A stretch of 64,000 nt of DNA. It comes from Setoptus koraiensis. Taxonomy: Eukaryota; Animalia; Arthropoda. The position numbers and the translations under genes are program-made. The notes below the pieces were generated by a model. It worked only from the letters and a program-made list of their open reading frames with translations. It was not told where the DNA came from and did no database searches. Positions within the stretch are counted from its first letter, which is position 1. Every line of letters starts with the position of its first letter. Below are positions 1 through 12,554 of this stretch, in pieces. The stretch spans positions 4,526,001 through 4,590,000 of the forward strand of contig CM106586.1 in the NCBI GenBank assembly GCA_048013815.1, in the 5' to 3' direction.

Positions 1-1530
1 CCACAATAACATGTGTTTCCTTGATAACACATATCTAGTTTTTAATGTACTAAGGTATTAGATAGATTTTTCTGTAGCCTGCACGGTACAGTTATGGATA
101 ATTGTTTCTCTAGACTGGTAATTGGTTTTGGCTGAATTAATAATTAATTAGTATGTATAAGTATGTACAAGGATTACAGTAGTGGTGAGATATAGTCTTC
201 ATTGTGTGTGCATGATGGATAAGGAGATAAATATGCTGATATCAACATTGTGTTATATATATTACATTACAGTCATATCTGATTTAATGACGATTCTATA
301 AATACACAGCGCGCGCGCGTAACAACAATCATCATCATCAATTGATGCGATAATTATGACCACTGCAATAGTCTTGATACTTTATCATAGATAGATAGAT
401 GTGCTCTTTAATAATAGAAAATGGAATAGACTAATGATAATTATAGTCAATAATAGTAATAGTAATACAGTAATAATAATAGAGGCCTTCATGTTTTGTG
501 TTCCATGTTCAATCATCGATTAGATTCTTGCTCGATTAATTCGTTAATTATATACGTGTGTGTAGGTTTTGTCCATTCTTTGCGTTTAAACAATTCAATG
601 TGTCTCATCGAGTAGTTGGCCAGAAACATACACACGTTCGTTTGGAATGTGCCAGTTGGATTTGTTTGGAATGGCGGCCACTTTTGCAAGCTTTGGACCC
701 CCCATTCAAGGCTACTAATTGCTACTTTCTCTCTTCTCTTGATCACTTATTTTCCCAATGAATACATGTGTTAATAAATTATTGGTGACGCTCCATTATT
801 GGCTACTATCTTTGATAGGTATTCTCGTGGCGAGCTGAATGACAAAACTGACCGAACGAATGTAAACAAACAAAATGTTGTATGATAGTGACCACACGAA
901 TTGTGTTTACGCTATGTGTTGCTCAATTTTGTTTTAACCGTTTTGTTGATTAGATAGACTCATCTTAATAATAGTTATTGCCGTTGTTGTTGTTGTTGTT
1001 GTTGTTGTTGTTGCTGGTCCAATTGATGATAATAATTGGTAAAATTATTGTATTTGGTTGCATTCACAATGCAGTAGACAAACAAACAGAGAAACAAGCA
1101 AACATTTACATTTACATACTACATAATCACACAGACAGATCTGATTGGCGCCGTCGCTATGCAAAGCAAGTCATTGAAAACTTTGAGTTAAATCTCAACG
1201 TGTCGCCCACTGGCGCCAATTCTGTCCATTTATCTGGATGATAACGCCACGCCAATGACGCAATAATGTCAATCAATCAATATGCCCACTTGATGTTGTG
1301 TGTTACGTTGCATTTACAATACAATAATCATTATTGTTACACAATAATCATCGTCATAATATTTATGATATGCGTGGCACGATAACAACAAACCCGGTTT
1401 GTTATTGCGATCATGATAGTTATTGTTGCTGGCATTGTTCTAATCAGCTATTGTAATAATGGTCAGTGCGAGTGCACATGACATGACAAGCAAGAAGGTA
1501 AATGGAAGCAAATAATAACATCAATCGCGT

Positions 1531-1710
1531 CTACTCTAGCTGTCTGGTGAAGCTTGGAAATTTGAAAACTTCCGGCACGGGCTCATCCAATCTAGCGATG
1601 ATCTTGTAAATGGTTTTCTTCCACGATTGTTCCTGATCCCTGCGATGGTAGATGGCGTCAAAGAATTGCCTCAGCGTCTGTTCCACAACGGATATAAACA
1701 CTTCGGGTAC
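1531..1710 (-). CDS. pros: prospero/PROX homeo-Prospero domain protein, last coding exon
   Basis: Manual translation gives [59 protein letters not shown], the Prospero-domain C-terminus. Acceptor gcttgtag| at 1711; TAG stop at 1533-1531; 180 nt, phase 0. Confidence 0.95.
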   Translation of the reverse strand, partial: VPEVFISVVEQTLRQFFDAIYHRRDQEQSWKKTIYKIIARLDEPVPEVFKFPSFTRQLE

Positions 1711-2667
1711 CTACAAGCACGCGCGAGCGGGCGAGCAAACAAACACGCGTAACGATGGATGATTAATTAGCGATCATGAGACAGAGGGAGAGAGAGCAGG
1801 ATATTATAAATAATTGATGATATTATAGTTGAGATAAGCGCCCACTGGCGGACAATGCGGCGGCCACAAAATTGATTATACGTGTGCACGCGCCCATTGT
1901 GAGATTGTTGTGCAAGATGGTGGTCAGTGGTTAGATGGACACACAACAAGATAATCAGCCCCCCTCTTGGATAATCATGCCGCTGAGTGTATTTGGGGCG
2001 GATTTGGCAACGGCGGCCAGAGATCGGACGAAAGTTCAGCGAATGATTGAGTTGCACAATTGCACGCCGACTGTCAGAGAAGAAGCAATCTCAATATTAT
2101 GAGGGGCTCGTCCGTGGGGCTTTAGCTGTTCGGTTGTTTTTTGGAAGCATTAGGCCCGGTGTTACAGTTACACTAATCTAGCAACAATCAAGGATCAGCC
2201 AGCAAACATCGGGCGTATATCGGCGTTTTTATCCAAGGACGCGCGGCTAATGGACACCAACGGGCGCCCAAAAACAACGCACACGAAAGAGAAGAAGCAA
2301 CGACAGAATATGCCCGCGCAAGCGACCACTTAATTGATTGACCGACCATTTCATTGGGGCCAGATCGCTCACAAGTGCCCACATACTACACACAACTAAC
2401 GCGAGCCCAGCGACAAGAAGCAGCCCACTCATGGAGAATAATCCGAGCGCACTGTCGCCGAAAAAGTTTTTCCGACAGCACGCTCCACGGCCCCGATTTG
2501 CCGGTTATTTGGCAGTTATTTGGCAGTTGGTTCGCAGTTGGTTCGCATTGTTAGTGGGCAGTTGTTTTGCAGTTGTTTTGCAGTTGTTGCGAGCCGGCTA
2601 CAAACAGCAGAAAATGGCAAATGTGGCGGCCAGATATTACGTGATTAGCTCCGTTGCGACTGCTTAC

Positions 2668-2733
2668 CTCTATGTGTCCGTGCTTGTTGTAGTGATTGTT
2701 AAATATCTTAAGCAGCTCGGAGTTGTGATCAAC
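2668..2733 (-). CDS. pros: prospero internal exon (start of Prospero domain)
   Basis: 66-nt exon VDHNSELLKIFNNHYNKHGHIE, matching the DSELYRVLNLHYNRNNHIE motif. Flanked by aaacag| and |gtaagc; phase 0-0, in frame with both neighbours. Confidence 0.93.
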
Positions 2734-3082
2734 CTGTTTTTCGGGGCCCAAATCAGAGTTGCGTTTTTGAGCGTTGCGTCGGATTGGTTGTGTCGCGGTG
2801 CGCACGGTTGTCGGCATGTTGGTTCGATTGGTGCGTCGGTGGACCGTTGAGCCGGTCGGTCGGTGCGTCGGTCGGTCAATTGGCGTCCGATGGCGAGCGC
2901 ATTTGCGGCGTGACGATCGGTAACAGGGTGCCGTAAAGTGGCGCAGAGTGGCGCAAAGTGACGGGCACGGGCGCGTATTATTGGACGGGTATGAGGACGG
3001 CGCATAAGTGGGCGAGTGGAAGAAAAAGAGCAATAAGAAGAATTGTTTCAATTAACGGATCTTTTTGTTTGTTAGCATGTGC

Positions 3083-3205
3083 GATATGGTGCGGCGTGGT
3101 GCGATGAGGTGCCGTGTGGTGCGATGAGGTGCAACGTGGTGCGATGTGGTGCGGTGCGATGCGGTGCGATGCGGTGCGATGTGGTGCAACGTGGTGCGAT
3201 GTGGC
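3083..3205. repeat. degenerate pentamer repeat (GTGCG/GATGT/GGTGC)
   Basis: Runs such as gcggtgcgatgcggtgcgatgtggtgc; a similar array lies at ~33040-33100. Confidence 0.75.
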
Positions 3206-6200
3206 GCTTGCAAAGGGCGCATCGGTTTGTTTGTGTTGGCTTGTTTGAATTGGCTTGGTGCAAATTTGGCTGGCCAGTCAATGAACCGACCGACTGTTCG
3301 GTTGGCTGTCAGTGAATTAAAGGCTTCTCGCCAGTGAACCGTGCATGAGCTACATGTTGTTGGCCTATAATGGTCAGTGCAGTTTTGGAGTATCACTTGT
3401 TGTTGTCGCTTGCTGTTTTGGCTTGCTGTTTTGGCTGCTGCTGCCGCTGCCGCTGTTGAGATCATCAACCTTGCCGGCGAGCTCGCCAGCAACGGGCTGC
3501 TGACCTATAGAGAGATGGGCAGCTATCGAAGGGGTTAGTTCCGGCGATGCGGTCACTAGCTGGCCGTTGGCTGGCCGCTTGTTGGTGCGCTGACATGCGA
3601 ATTGGAGTGCCTGCGCTGTCTGACAAGTTGATAGTTGCCGGTCATTATTCATCACGCCCAAATTAGCATGAATGATGCCGGTGTCAAGTGAGCCGCATCT
3701 AACACACGCTTTGGCAGCTTTGAGATGGAGCAACAATACGATTACATAACATCATTTGCACACATTCAACTAGACGGGCAAACAGACGGGCGAAGGGACG
3801 AACAAACTGACGAACGGGCAGACAGACAGCAGAGCGACGCAACGAGGCGCACACATGCAAAGAACAGCCAAAGAACTGAGCGAGCCGAGAGAACTGAGCG
3901 AACCGAGCGAACTGAGCGAACCGAAAGAACTAACAAGTGAGAGAACCGAGAGAACTAACAAGTGAGCGAACAGCCGAAGCGGGCAGGCAAACAAAGAAGG
4001 ACGCGAACAATACTTGTGGCTTCTAATGCGTTGTTTGTCGCCAACAGTGCGCTCACTTTTCGCCCGGCTGTTTGTGTGTTGTGCAATATCCTTCGCATAA
4101 TGCCAAACAACAACAACAACGACAGCAACAACAAGTTGGCTTGCTTGAATTAATACGCATATAATGTTGTGTGTTATCTGGCGTATAATGTTGCGCAAGC
4201 CGGTGCAAACATGGACACAACAACAAAGAAGCTGACTCTTGTTTCTTGTTGTGGTCGCGCTCGCTCGCCATTGGCAAACAACACGCCGAAAGCAACACAA
4301 ACATGTCATCATCGCCTTCATCATCATCAGGTGACTTACACTTGATGTATGTATCATCATAATGAGCTCGTTATCGGCGAGTTAGATAAGAGCGCGCGCC
4401 ACAAATGCCGGCAGCGCAGCAATGTTGATCTTAACGCTGTTGTACGCCGCTCGCAATATTCCAATGTTCCGGCGCGCACAATCGCAACACATTAAATACA
4501 TTACAAAATCGCGCATTCTTTGGCCCGTCTGTTGCGAGCGGGCAAATTGTGCCAAAAGTACACACCAAGATGAAAGAGCGCCAATGAGCGCTGCATTTAT
4601 TGCTGCCGGAACAATGTCTGCTCATGGTTGCACAACAGCAACAATTGCCGCCGCTGCGACGGGCCGCATTCCCGAGAAGCCGCAGCAGCGACACAACAAT
4701 TAGAGCCACGGAACAAGTGGTTCGACACAGGAAACATCAAATGAAGTATGAAAGTTGAAAGCTCTTTAATGACGCTGCTGCTTTAATCGCTCTCTTAAAC
4801 ATGGCGCATTATATATATTATATAACAATGCCAGCGAATGGCAGCGTTGGCGCATGAGCGCCACTCGCCGGCGAAGGAATTGTCGACGAGCCGGCATTGT
4901 GTCGGACCGGGCCAGGCCGGCTATTAGTCATATCAGCTATTAGCGAGCGTTGCCAGCGACAGCAGCCAGCAGCACAATGGCAGCTCGCCTAATTAATTAT
5001 CTCTTCAACAAATCTAGATCAAATATTGACATCGACACTGCCGCCACAAAACAATGCTGATTGTGTCTGGCGCAAACGAAGCATCTCGCGCTCACTTGCG
5101 TCTTCTCTGGCCCTCGCTGGTTCGCTTCAATTGGCCGTCATTTGTCAGTTTGTGGCGCTCTCACGTTGCGAGAGACTGGCAACTTATGAGCACTGGCAAC
5201 TTGCGACGACTGGCAACTTGTGAGACTCGCAAGAGCAGGAAGTCTCGTCATTGTGATTGATTGTGCTCTCAATTGACTGCTCATGACTCTCTCACACTGC
5301 TCATATACTGCTCATATATTGATGTGATGGTCGCTTCGGCGTGCTCGCCAATGACTCGACACTGTTTAGCGAGCGACAAACGTGAATACTGATGAGAGTG
5401 GCCATTGTTTGCCCACTGCTCACACAAATATCGACTCTTTGCTCCGGTGCCTGCATCACCAGCCACAACAGCAACAGCAACAACAACAACAGCAACAACA
5501 ACGACAGCAGCCACAACAGCAGCCACAACAACAGCAACATCGACGGCAACAACAGCCACAACGACAGCAGCAGCAACGGCAACAACAGCAGCCACAACGA
5601 CCCGAGTATCAAGTTGACGCGCTCGAAAGTCAAAAGTTGCGGGCCGAACGTCGGTGGTGGCAACGTAAACATGATTGATACATTGTTGTTGTCGGACCAT
5701 TATCGCCAATTGCCACTCACCACATGTGCGTTGCGGTTGCATAATTAGAGCCAATTACAATTGGCCATTGTCGGCCGGCGCGAACAGGGGCCATTGTTGT
5801 TCTGCTGGCTTCGTCGGGCTGCCCGCTTCGTCGGCTGTGGGCCGCGCCGGGCCGCGCCGGGCGGACGCGCGCGATGCTGGTCGAAAGTCGATACTGTGGC
5901 CGCCGATACAAGGCCGGCCGGCACATTATGGCATGATGTTGCACTGGCCTGAGCGTTCGCCGCAGTGTGCTATCGCCAATTGCAGATGGAGCGAATAATT
6001 AATTAGGCGCCAATAATGGCCGCTCATCGTTGTGTCACTTTCGGGCACCAGTTGCTGCGGCGTAGCCATCGCTAACGAACTCGGCTCATTTGCCAACAGC
6101 GGCCATTGTTCGAGCTGCCAACTGTCGCTTCGGCGGCCACGATCGGCGCTCGCTGTTCGCTCGGTGCGGCGTTCGGCGTTCGCTCGGTGCGGCGTTCGAT

Positions 6201-6390
6201 TCGACGGCGGACGTTCGATTCGACGGCGGACGTTCGCTGTTGTGCGGACTGCGAGCGAGAGTTCGAGCGAGAATGGGGGCCAATTAGACGCACTGGACGC
6301 ACTAGAGACGCAACGAGGGCAACTCTGTCCACTTGCCCACTTGCAGCTGCTCCGCGCAAATGCAAGTTACACAATAAGCGACGCGACAGG

Positions 6391-6442
6391 CGACACGACT
6401 AACGACACGACTAACGACACGACAAACGACACGACAAACGAC
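6391..6442. repeat. 12-bp minisatellite (CGACACGACWAA) x4.3
   Basis: Directly visible tandem units. Confidence 0.9.
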
Positions 6443-7300
6443 GGCCAACGAGGCACGCACCCACTCACACTGCATTGTTCGGCTTGTGGCATCGGCCACA
6501 TAGGGGCGCTCGAGTCGATGACGCTCTCTATAGGGGTCCTCCAGAAAGTGAGCCGATGCGCTGCCCAAAGCCGCCAGCGAACACACAACCGAGTCAACGA
6601 GAACAATGTGCGAATGTGTGTGTGTGTGTGCGATGGAATGAGCCAATGAGATTGCAGCGAACTTTTGCAGACACACACAACATGCACGCAGCTGCCGCCA
6701 AGCACAAGCAGCAACTGAAGCAGCACACAAGACACACACACACACAACACAAAGCAGCGTGCCCTTTATAGGTCTTTTGTCTCGCTTTGTCTTGTGTGTG
6801 CGTGTGTCTTGGGCTGCAGTGCACTCGCTAAGCGCTGCCTTGCAGCCAGTGTCTTATATAGTGTCTGGTCTCTTATAGAGCCACTTGAGCCATTCAACGC
6901 ACACAATTGGCACATTCGCTCAACAACTTTTCAAACGGGCTGCAATATTCATGAGTGAATATTGCAGGCAGCAAACTATCCACGCACAAATGTCATCGCA
7001 CTTGTATGCTGTCAGTGTGTAGTGGCTGCATTGTTTGCATTGCAACGACACCGAATGTCCGCCGTTCCCGTCGGATATCCATCGCTGGATATTTGAAATG
7101 GATATCAAAACGGTCTCGGCGGGCTTGTCGGCAGCTCGCTGTTGACTGGCCAGGCAGCCAGGCTGCAAGCAGCCAACATTTGTGTCGATTTAATTTTCGA
7201 AACACATCGCTGGCAGCTATTTTCCATCCATGATCTGCTGGCTGCGAGCGAGCTTGACGTTATTTTTCAGTCTCGCAGTGCTCGGCGAGACGAGCAAGCC

Positions 7301-7383
7301 CTGGATTGTGCATCGGATTGTGCTCTGGATTGTGCATCGGATCGTGTATTGGATCGTGTAGAATTGGATTGTGGATCGGATCG
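7301..7383. repeat. 12-bp minisatellite (YYGGATYGTGYW) x~6
   Basis: ctggattgtgca tcggattgtgct ctggattgtgca tcggatcgtgta ttggatcgtgta ... Confidence 0.85.
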
Positions 7384-8046
7384 CAATTAGAGATCGCTGG
7401 CATGCGAGTGGCTTGCACAAGCTCAAGTGATGGAGCTCACGAAAATCATCGCTATCTGTAGCTGCGTCTAACCAATGAGCTATCTACTGGCTGCCACAGA
7501 CAATGCAGGTTGTTTGTTTATTTATAGTAGCTACTGAGTAGTGTTTGAGTTGCAGTGGATTGGGCCTGTGCGAGCGAGCGAGCAGTATTATTATTATTAT
7601 TATTACTATTATTATTAGTAGTGGTAGCAAAGTGTCATCAGTGGTGGCTAAAAGTGAAAAGGCAACATAATATTACCATCGGCATGGCAGCATAAATCAT
7701 ATGAATCATCATGCAGATATGAGAAGGCTCCTATAAAGAGTCTCTTGCGCAGTCTCTTGGCACTTGTGTAAGCCGGTGTGGCGTTGTTGCCATTAGCTTG
7801 CCAAAACAATATACTGCAACAACTTTGTTGTTTAGTGAATGTTGCTCTTTATATCTATTCTCCAATAGTCATTTTTACTTGCACTTGTATTTGCACTTGT
7901 GCTTGTGCTATTGCTTGTACTCTCTTTGTGTGTCTCATATCAAATATTATTGTCACCACCAGTAGTGATGTTGATAGATGAGATGGCTAGATCGCCATGG
8001 TTAGATAGGCTTCTTTATAATGCTTGTTGTCGTCGTCTACTTGCAG

Positions 8047-8135
8047 CCAGCTCTCTAGCCAGCTCTCTAGCCAGCTCTCTAGTTAGCTCTCTAGCTAGCT
8101 CTCTAGTTAGCTCTCTAGCTAGCTCTCTAGCTAGC
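8047..8135. repeat. 12-bp minisatellite (YYAGCTCTCTAG) x7.4
   Basis: Directly visible; only the first two bases of each unit vary. Confidence 0.92.
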
Positions 8136-10658
8136 ATGTATCACACAACCTGGCCTGTATCATTTAACGATCACATGATGTGTGTCGTCTGTGTAGTATG
8201 GTGCTGGTGGCAGTAGTCAAGTCAAACTAAAGTCTACCACTCAATATAATATACAAGACAAGCTTGCCAGTTGCGTTGTGTGTGATGATTGAGCGCGCGC
8301 GACCCTCACTCAAATACTCACTCAAATACTCGCTCAAATACTCGCTCATATACACAGATCAAGTTGAAACAAGTGAAGTAAACATGTACAACAAATACAA
8401 CAATTGCAATTGCAACCACTACAACAACAACAGCAACAGCAGCAACAACAACAAAAACATCATCGACGACGACGACGACGCCGACGCCGACGACGACGAC
8501 AAGTGCAAGAGCAAAAGATAAAGGAAAGATGAGAAGTGAGAACTAAAATTGTTATAGGCACTACTAATGTGATGTGTCGTATGATTACAACCCACTACAA
8601 CACTAATAATACAACTGCTAATACACTCACCATTATTACAATACATGTTAACATGCAATAAATAAATGATATGGCACAACAAGAATAACAACAACTAATC
8701 CAATATAGGGCAAGTTGTTGCTTGTTCTACAAGTTGGCGCCTAGATAAGATCTGTCTGTGCACTATCAATCGATGCCTATATTGTATAAATCTATATCTA
8801 TGGTTATATCTCTAAAATGCTCTCGAATGCTCTCGAATGCTCTCAATCTTTCGTTCTTTGGCTCGCTTGCTCTGTGGCACTTTTGCGCTGATTCTCATTC
8901 GATGCTGTCACCATCGACTCAAACGGAGCCATTGCAGGGGCTCCTCCCCAACTACAGCCACACACTACTGGCCAGATTGTCGCTAAAGCCAAGTGAGTGT
9001 TTAACAAGTGTGCGATACGTAATAATGAGTTCATCGGTTGTTGTTGTCGCCACAATCAACTACGACAAACAACAACAAGTTGTTGTTGCTGTTGCTGTTG
9101 TAGTAAATCCCCAGTCATTGTCCCTTGTCGGGCTTGATTGTTTGCCAGCGGTCGCTGTTGTTGTTGTTGCTGTTGTTGTGTAGATGTATATTGTGTACAA
9201 CAGCTAAACAACACAGAAATGTTAGCTTGCCAACAGAGGGCCGTTACAGTGTGTTCCGTTAGTTTGTTGATTATCGAAATCCAGCCAACTAACAAACTAT
9301 TTAATCGACTAAATATCAGCTTGTAGTGTTACGAAAATCTAGTTAGGCTCGCTCATATAACATTCTCTCTCTCGCTCTCTCTCTCTCTCGTTCTCGCTCT
9401 CCACTGTAATATTGGCCAATTGGTGTGTACTCAAACAACAGAGGAATCAGATCAGATTAGCCCCACTGAGCCATCTGAATGTATTACACGTCTGTCACAT
9501 GCTAATCTAAGTGAGCTGGAGTGAGTGACAGCAACAGAAATTCTTGGAATCATTCATACACTCAGTTCACTATTGCATAGTTAGTTTTGGCTAGACGACA
9601 GTGTGGCAAAACGGCAAATCTAGGTTGCTACTGGAACCGTTTTTGTTTTGTGTTAGCGCCTTCAACTCGAACCGTGTCTCACCTGTTGTTGTTGTTGTTG
9701 CTGTTGTCGTTGTCGTTGTTGTTGCTGATGTCGTTGTTTGTCAAGTCGCTTCCCCTTGGCATGACATACATAAACTAGCGAGCGGCACTCAATAAATGCA
9801 TAAAATAATTTTATTAATATCAAAGAACAAAAACACTCGCTAGCTTGCTGTTGTTATCATGACAACAATTGGCAACAACAACAACAACAACAACAGCAAC
9901 AACAACAGCCATCCAATATGGCGCACACAGGCGCTGGCAAGCCGAGCTGGGCTGGATAGATGAAAACGATGATCTCGCCACAAACGACATCAACAAGTTG
10001 CACTTGTCGGCCGTGGTGGCGCCACCATGCAGCGCAACAACCACTAACAACATTGGCAGTAGTGCGTATTAATAACTACAGCTAGCTAAACTATTGACAC
10101 GCCGGGCGTTGTGGTGGTTGTTGTTGTTGTTGCGAATGCGTTTGTTATTTGTTGCGCATCACAATCAAAATTGGAACAAACTCTCTAGCTTGTTGGTGGC
10201 ATCGCACACGGTGCCGCTTACTGTTAGCTAGCTCGCCAGGGGTGTGCTGATAACGAGCGCGAGATGTAGCGAACAAGAGCGAAAACACAATTCAATGATA
10301 TTAACACCGCCTCAGACAATTGCACAGGCGCCAGATATGTTGGCATTGGCTCTCAATTATCTCTCATTTGTCTAGCCGTTTATCTTTGCTGTTTGGTGGG
10401 CGCAAGTGGTCGTTAGCTTGCTGCTATTAATTAATAGCAGCCGGCTAGTTCTCACCTCCTACCGATGGAGCGGGTTTTTTTTTCGACGCGCACACCCCTG
10501 GAGTGGTCTTGGCGAGTTGTGTCAACAACTACGTGTGATGATGATGACGCAACGGCCACTTAAAGTGACTCATGCATGCCACTTGAAGTGAGATGGCACA
10601 CAATTAATTAATTAATTGACTTGTGCGTCTTGGCGGTAGCCAGAATAGTGTTACTTAC

Positions 10659-10737
10659 GGTTATCTGTTCGGCACATGTGATTCCCTCGAGCACGGCATC
10701 CCTGGCGAACTTTTCCATTTGGATGTAGTAAAACTCG
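10659..10737 (-). CDS. pros: prospero internal exon (end of homeodomain)
   Basis: 79-nt exon (R)EFYYIQMEKFARDAVLEGITCAEQIT. Acceptor ttgcccag|, donor |gtaagt. Completes the CG|C codon left by the upstream exon. Confidence 0.95.
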
Positions 10738-10875
10738 CTGGGCAAGACAGCAGTCGGCGAGGTGTGCCAATGAGGCATTGAGGTATCGAGGTAAGAGGCG
10801 GCGGTTAGTTGCGGCTTCAATTGGTATTATTGGCAGCGGTTGCAATGATTGCAATTATGTAATAGTGACACTTAC

Positions 10876-12463
10876 CGGAAATTGGAGAACCACTTGACGA
10901 GCTGAGCGGTGTTGTTCTTGTTGAATTTGACATCGCGAAAGTATTCCTTGAGCGTGGCCGAATTTGGATATCTCACATAAAAGAACATTAGCTTGGCCTT
11001 TTTCAGGTGACCCTGAGACAATTGAGCGGTTATTTCTATCATATCACTGCTGAGATCATTTAGGCAACTTTGCATATGTATGGGCTGATATTGAGGCTGT
11101 TGTTGTTGTTGTTGTTGATTTGAGCCAGAGCCACTCAATGGCAATGGTGGCGACGAGCACTCGTTATTGCCGCTGTTTTGGTTGTTACCTAAATGATGAT
11201 GATGATGGTGATGATTGTGATTGTGCAACGCTGTCAATTGTGTCGAGACCAGTAGAGAATTAATAGACGAAAAATGATTTGGTGGTGTCGTTTGTCTGGC
11301 ACGTTGCTGCTGCTGCTGACCAATGTGCGACGACAAATTGTTGTGATGGTCATTCTGGCTCAAGGTGCCATTGTTGGTGCTTGAATTGTTGGTGCGATTG
11401 CTGTTATGAAGGGGCGATGATGTAAGTGTTGTTCCATTTCCATTTCCGTTGCTGCTGGTGTTGTTGTTGTTGTTGTTGTTGTTGTTGGTGTTGTTGTTGT
11501 TGTTTTTGGTGTTGCTTTGAGTGCTATTGCCGCTGGTAGATAGTGATTTTGGCGATTGACTATTTGTTGATGAGTGTCTGTAATCTGAGGTGCCATTGTT
11601 ACATAGAAGATCGTTTTGTTGTGAACTATTATTATTACTATTACTATTATTATTGTTTGTAGTTGAATTGTTGTTGTTGTTGTTGTTTGCGCTGGCCATC
11701 AACGATTGAATGGGGTTCTGGCCGTTGTTCCATAGTGGTGCCTGTTGTTGTTGTTGTTGTTGCTGCTGTTGATGATGATGATTGGCAAACATAAGTGTGG
11801 CGGCAGCCATTGCAGCGGCTCCCTTGCCAGCGGACACATTGCTAATTAGCTGCTGAAAATGATGTGGATTATATAGGGCTGCAACCTGTGCTGCTGCGGC
11901 CGCGGCCGCCGTCGACGATTGTTGTTGTTGCAACGATTGGTGGTGTTGTTGTTGTTGTTGCTGCTGCTGATGATGATGCTGATGGTGGTGATGCTGGTGA
12001 GAGGCCAGCGAAGACAAGTGATGATTCAGATTCAAATTAAGATGATTGAGATGATGATGGTGACACTTTCTTCTTTTACTATTCACTATCAATGGAATGG
12101 CCTCATCGGAGAAACTGCTCAAGCTGCTGCTGCTACGCGCCTCGTCGTCTAACACGTCCAATATAGGCGCGGGCGACGAGGTGGCCAGCGACGACGGACT
12201 TGGCGACATGTTGGCCACATGTTGTTCGGCGGCGCCATTGCTGGTTGCTGTTGTTTGCGGTGGCGGTGTTGTGGTTGCTGTTGTTGTTGTTGTTGCCGAT
12301 GTGGCTATTGTGCACAGGTACTGACCGAACGTTTCGTCTATTATCTGATTGACCGCTTGGACTAAATTGTTTTTCAATGATTGAAACACCATATCTAATT
12401 GACTTTCCATTGGGCCACTGTGTTGTTGTCGCCGTTGTTGTTGTTGTCGCTGTTGTTGTTGTC

Positions 12464-12494
<31 letters not shown>

Positions 12495-12554
12495 TTATTG
12501 TTGCTGCTGTTGGCGCTGTTGTTGTTGTTGTTGTTGCTGCTGCTGTTGTTGGCG
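10876..12554 (-). CDS. pros: prospero large exon: poly-Q/N/H/T low-complexity region plus most of the atypical homeodomain; 5' end of gene not located
   Basis: ORF 10872-12410 ends in [45 protein letters not shown] with donor |gtaagt at 10875. The frame stays open upstream of the ATG at 12410 through poly-Q to an in-frame TAG at 12557-12555, which I read as the acceptor (cacaacatag|CGC CAA). [17 protein letters not shown] resembles a conserved Prospero N-terminal helix. The 5' boundary is less certain than the 3' one. Confidence 0.9.

Noticed and set aside
10990-11110. Drosophila-style U2/U12 twintron just upstream of the prospero homeodomain
   Set aside because: The frame is continuous here and I found no ATATCCTT/GTATCCTT U12 donor; the nearest is ATATCCAA.
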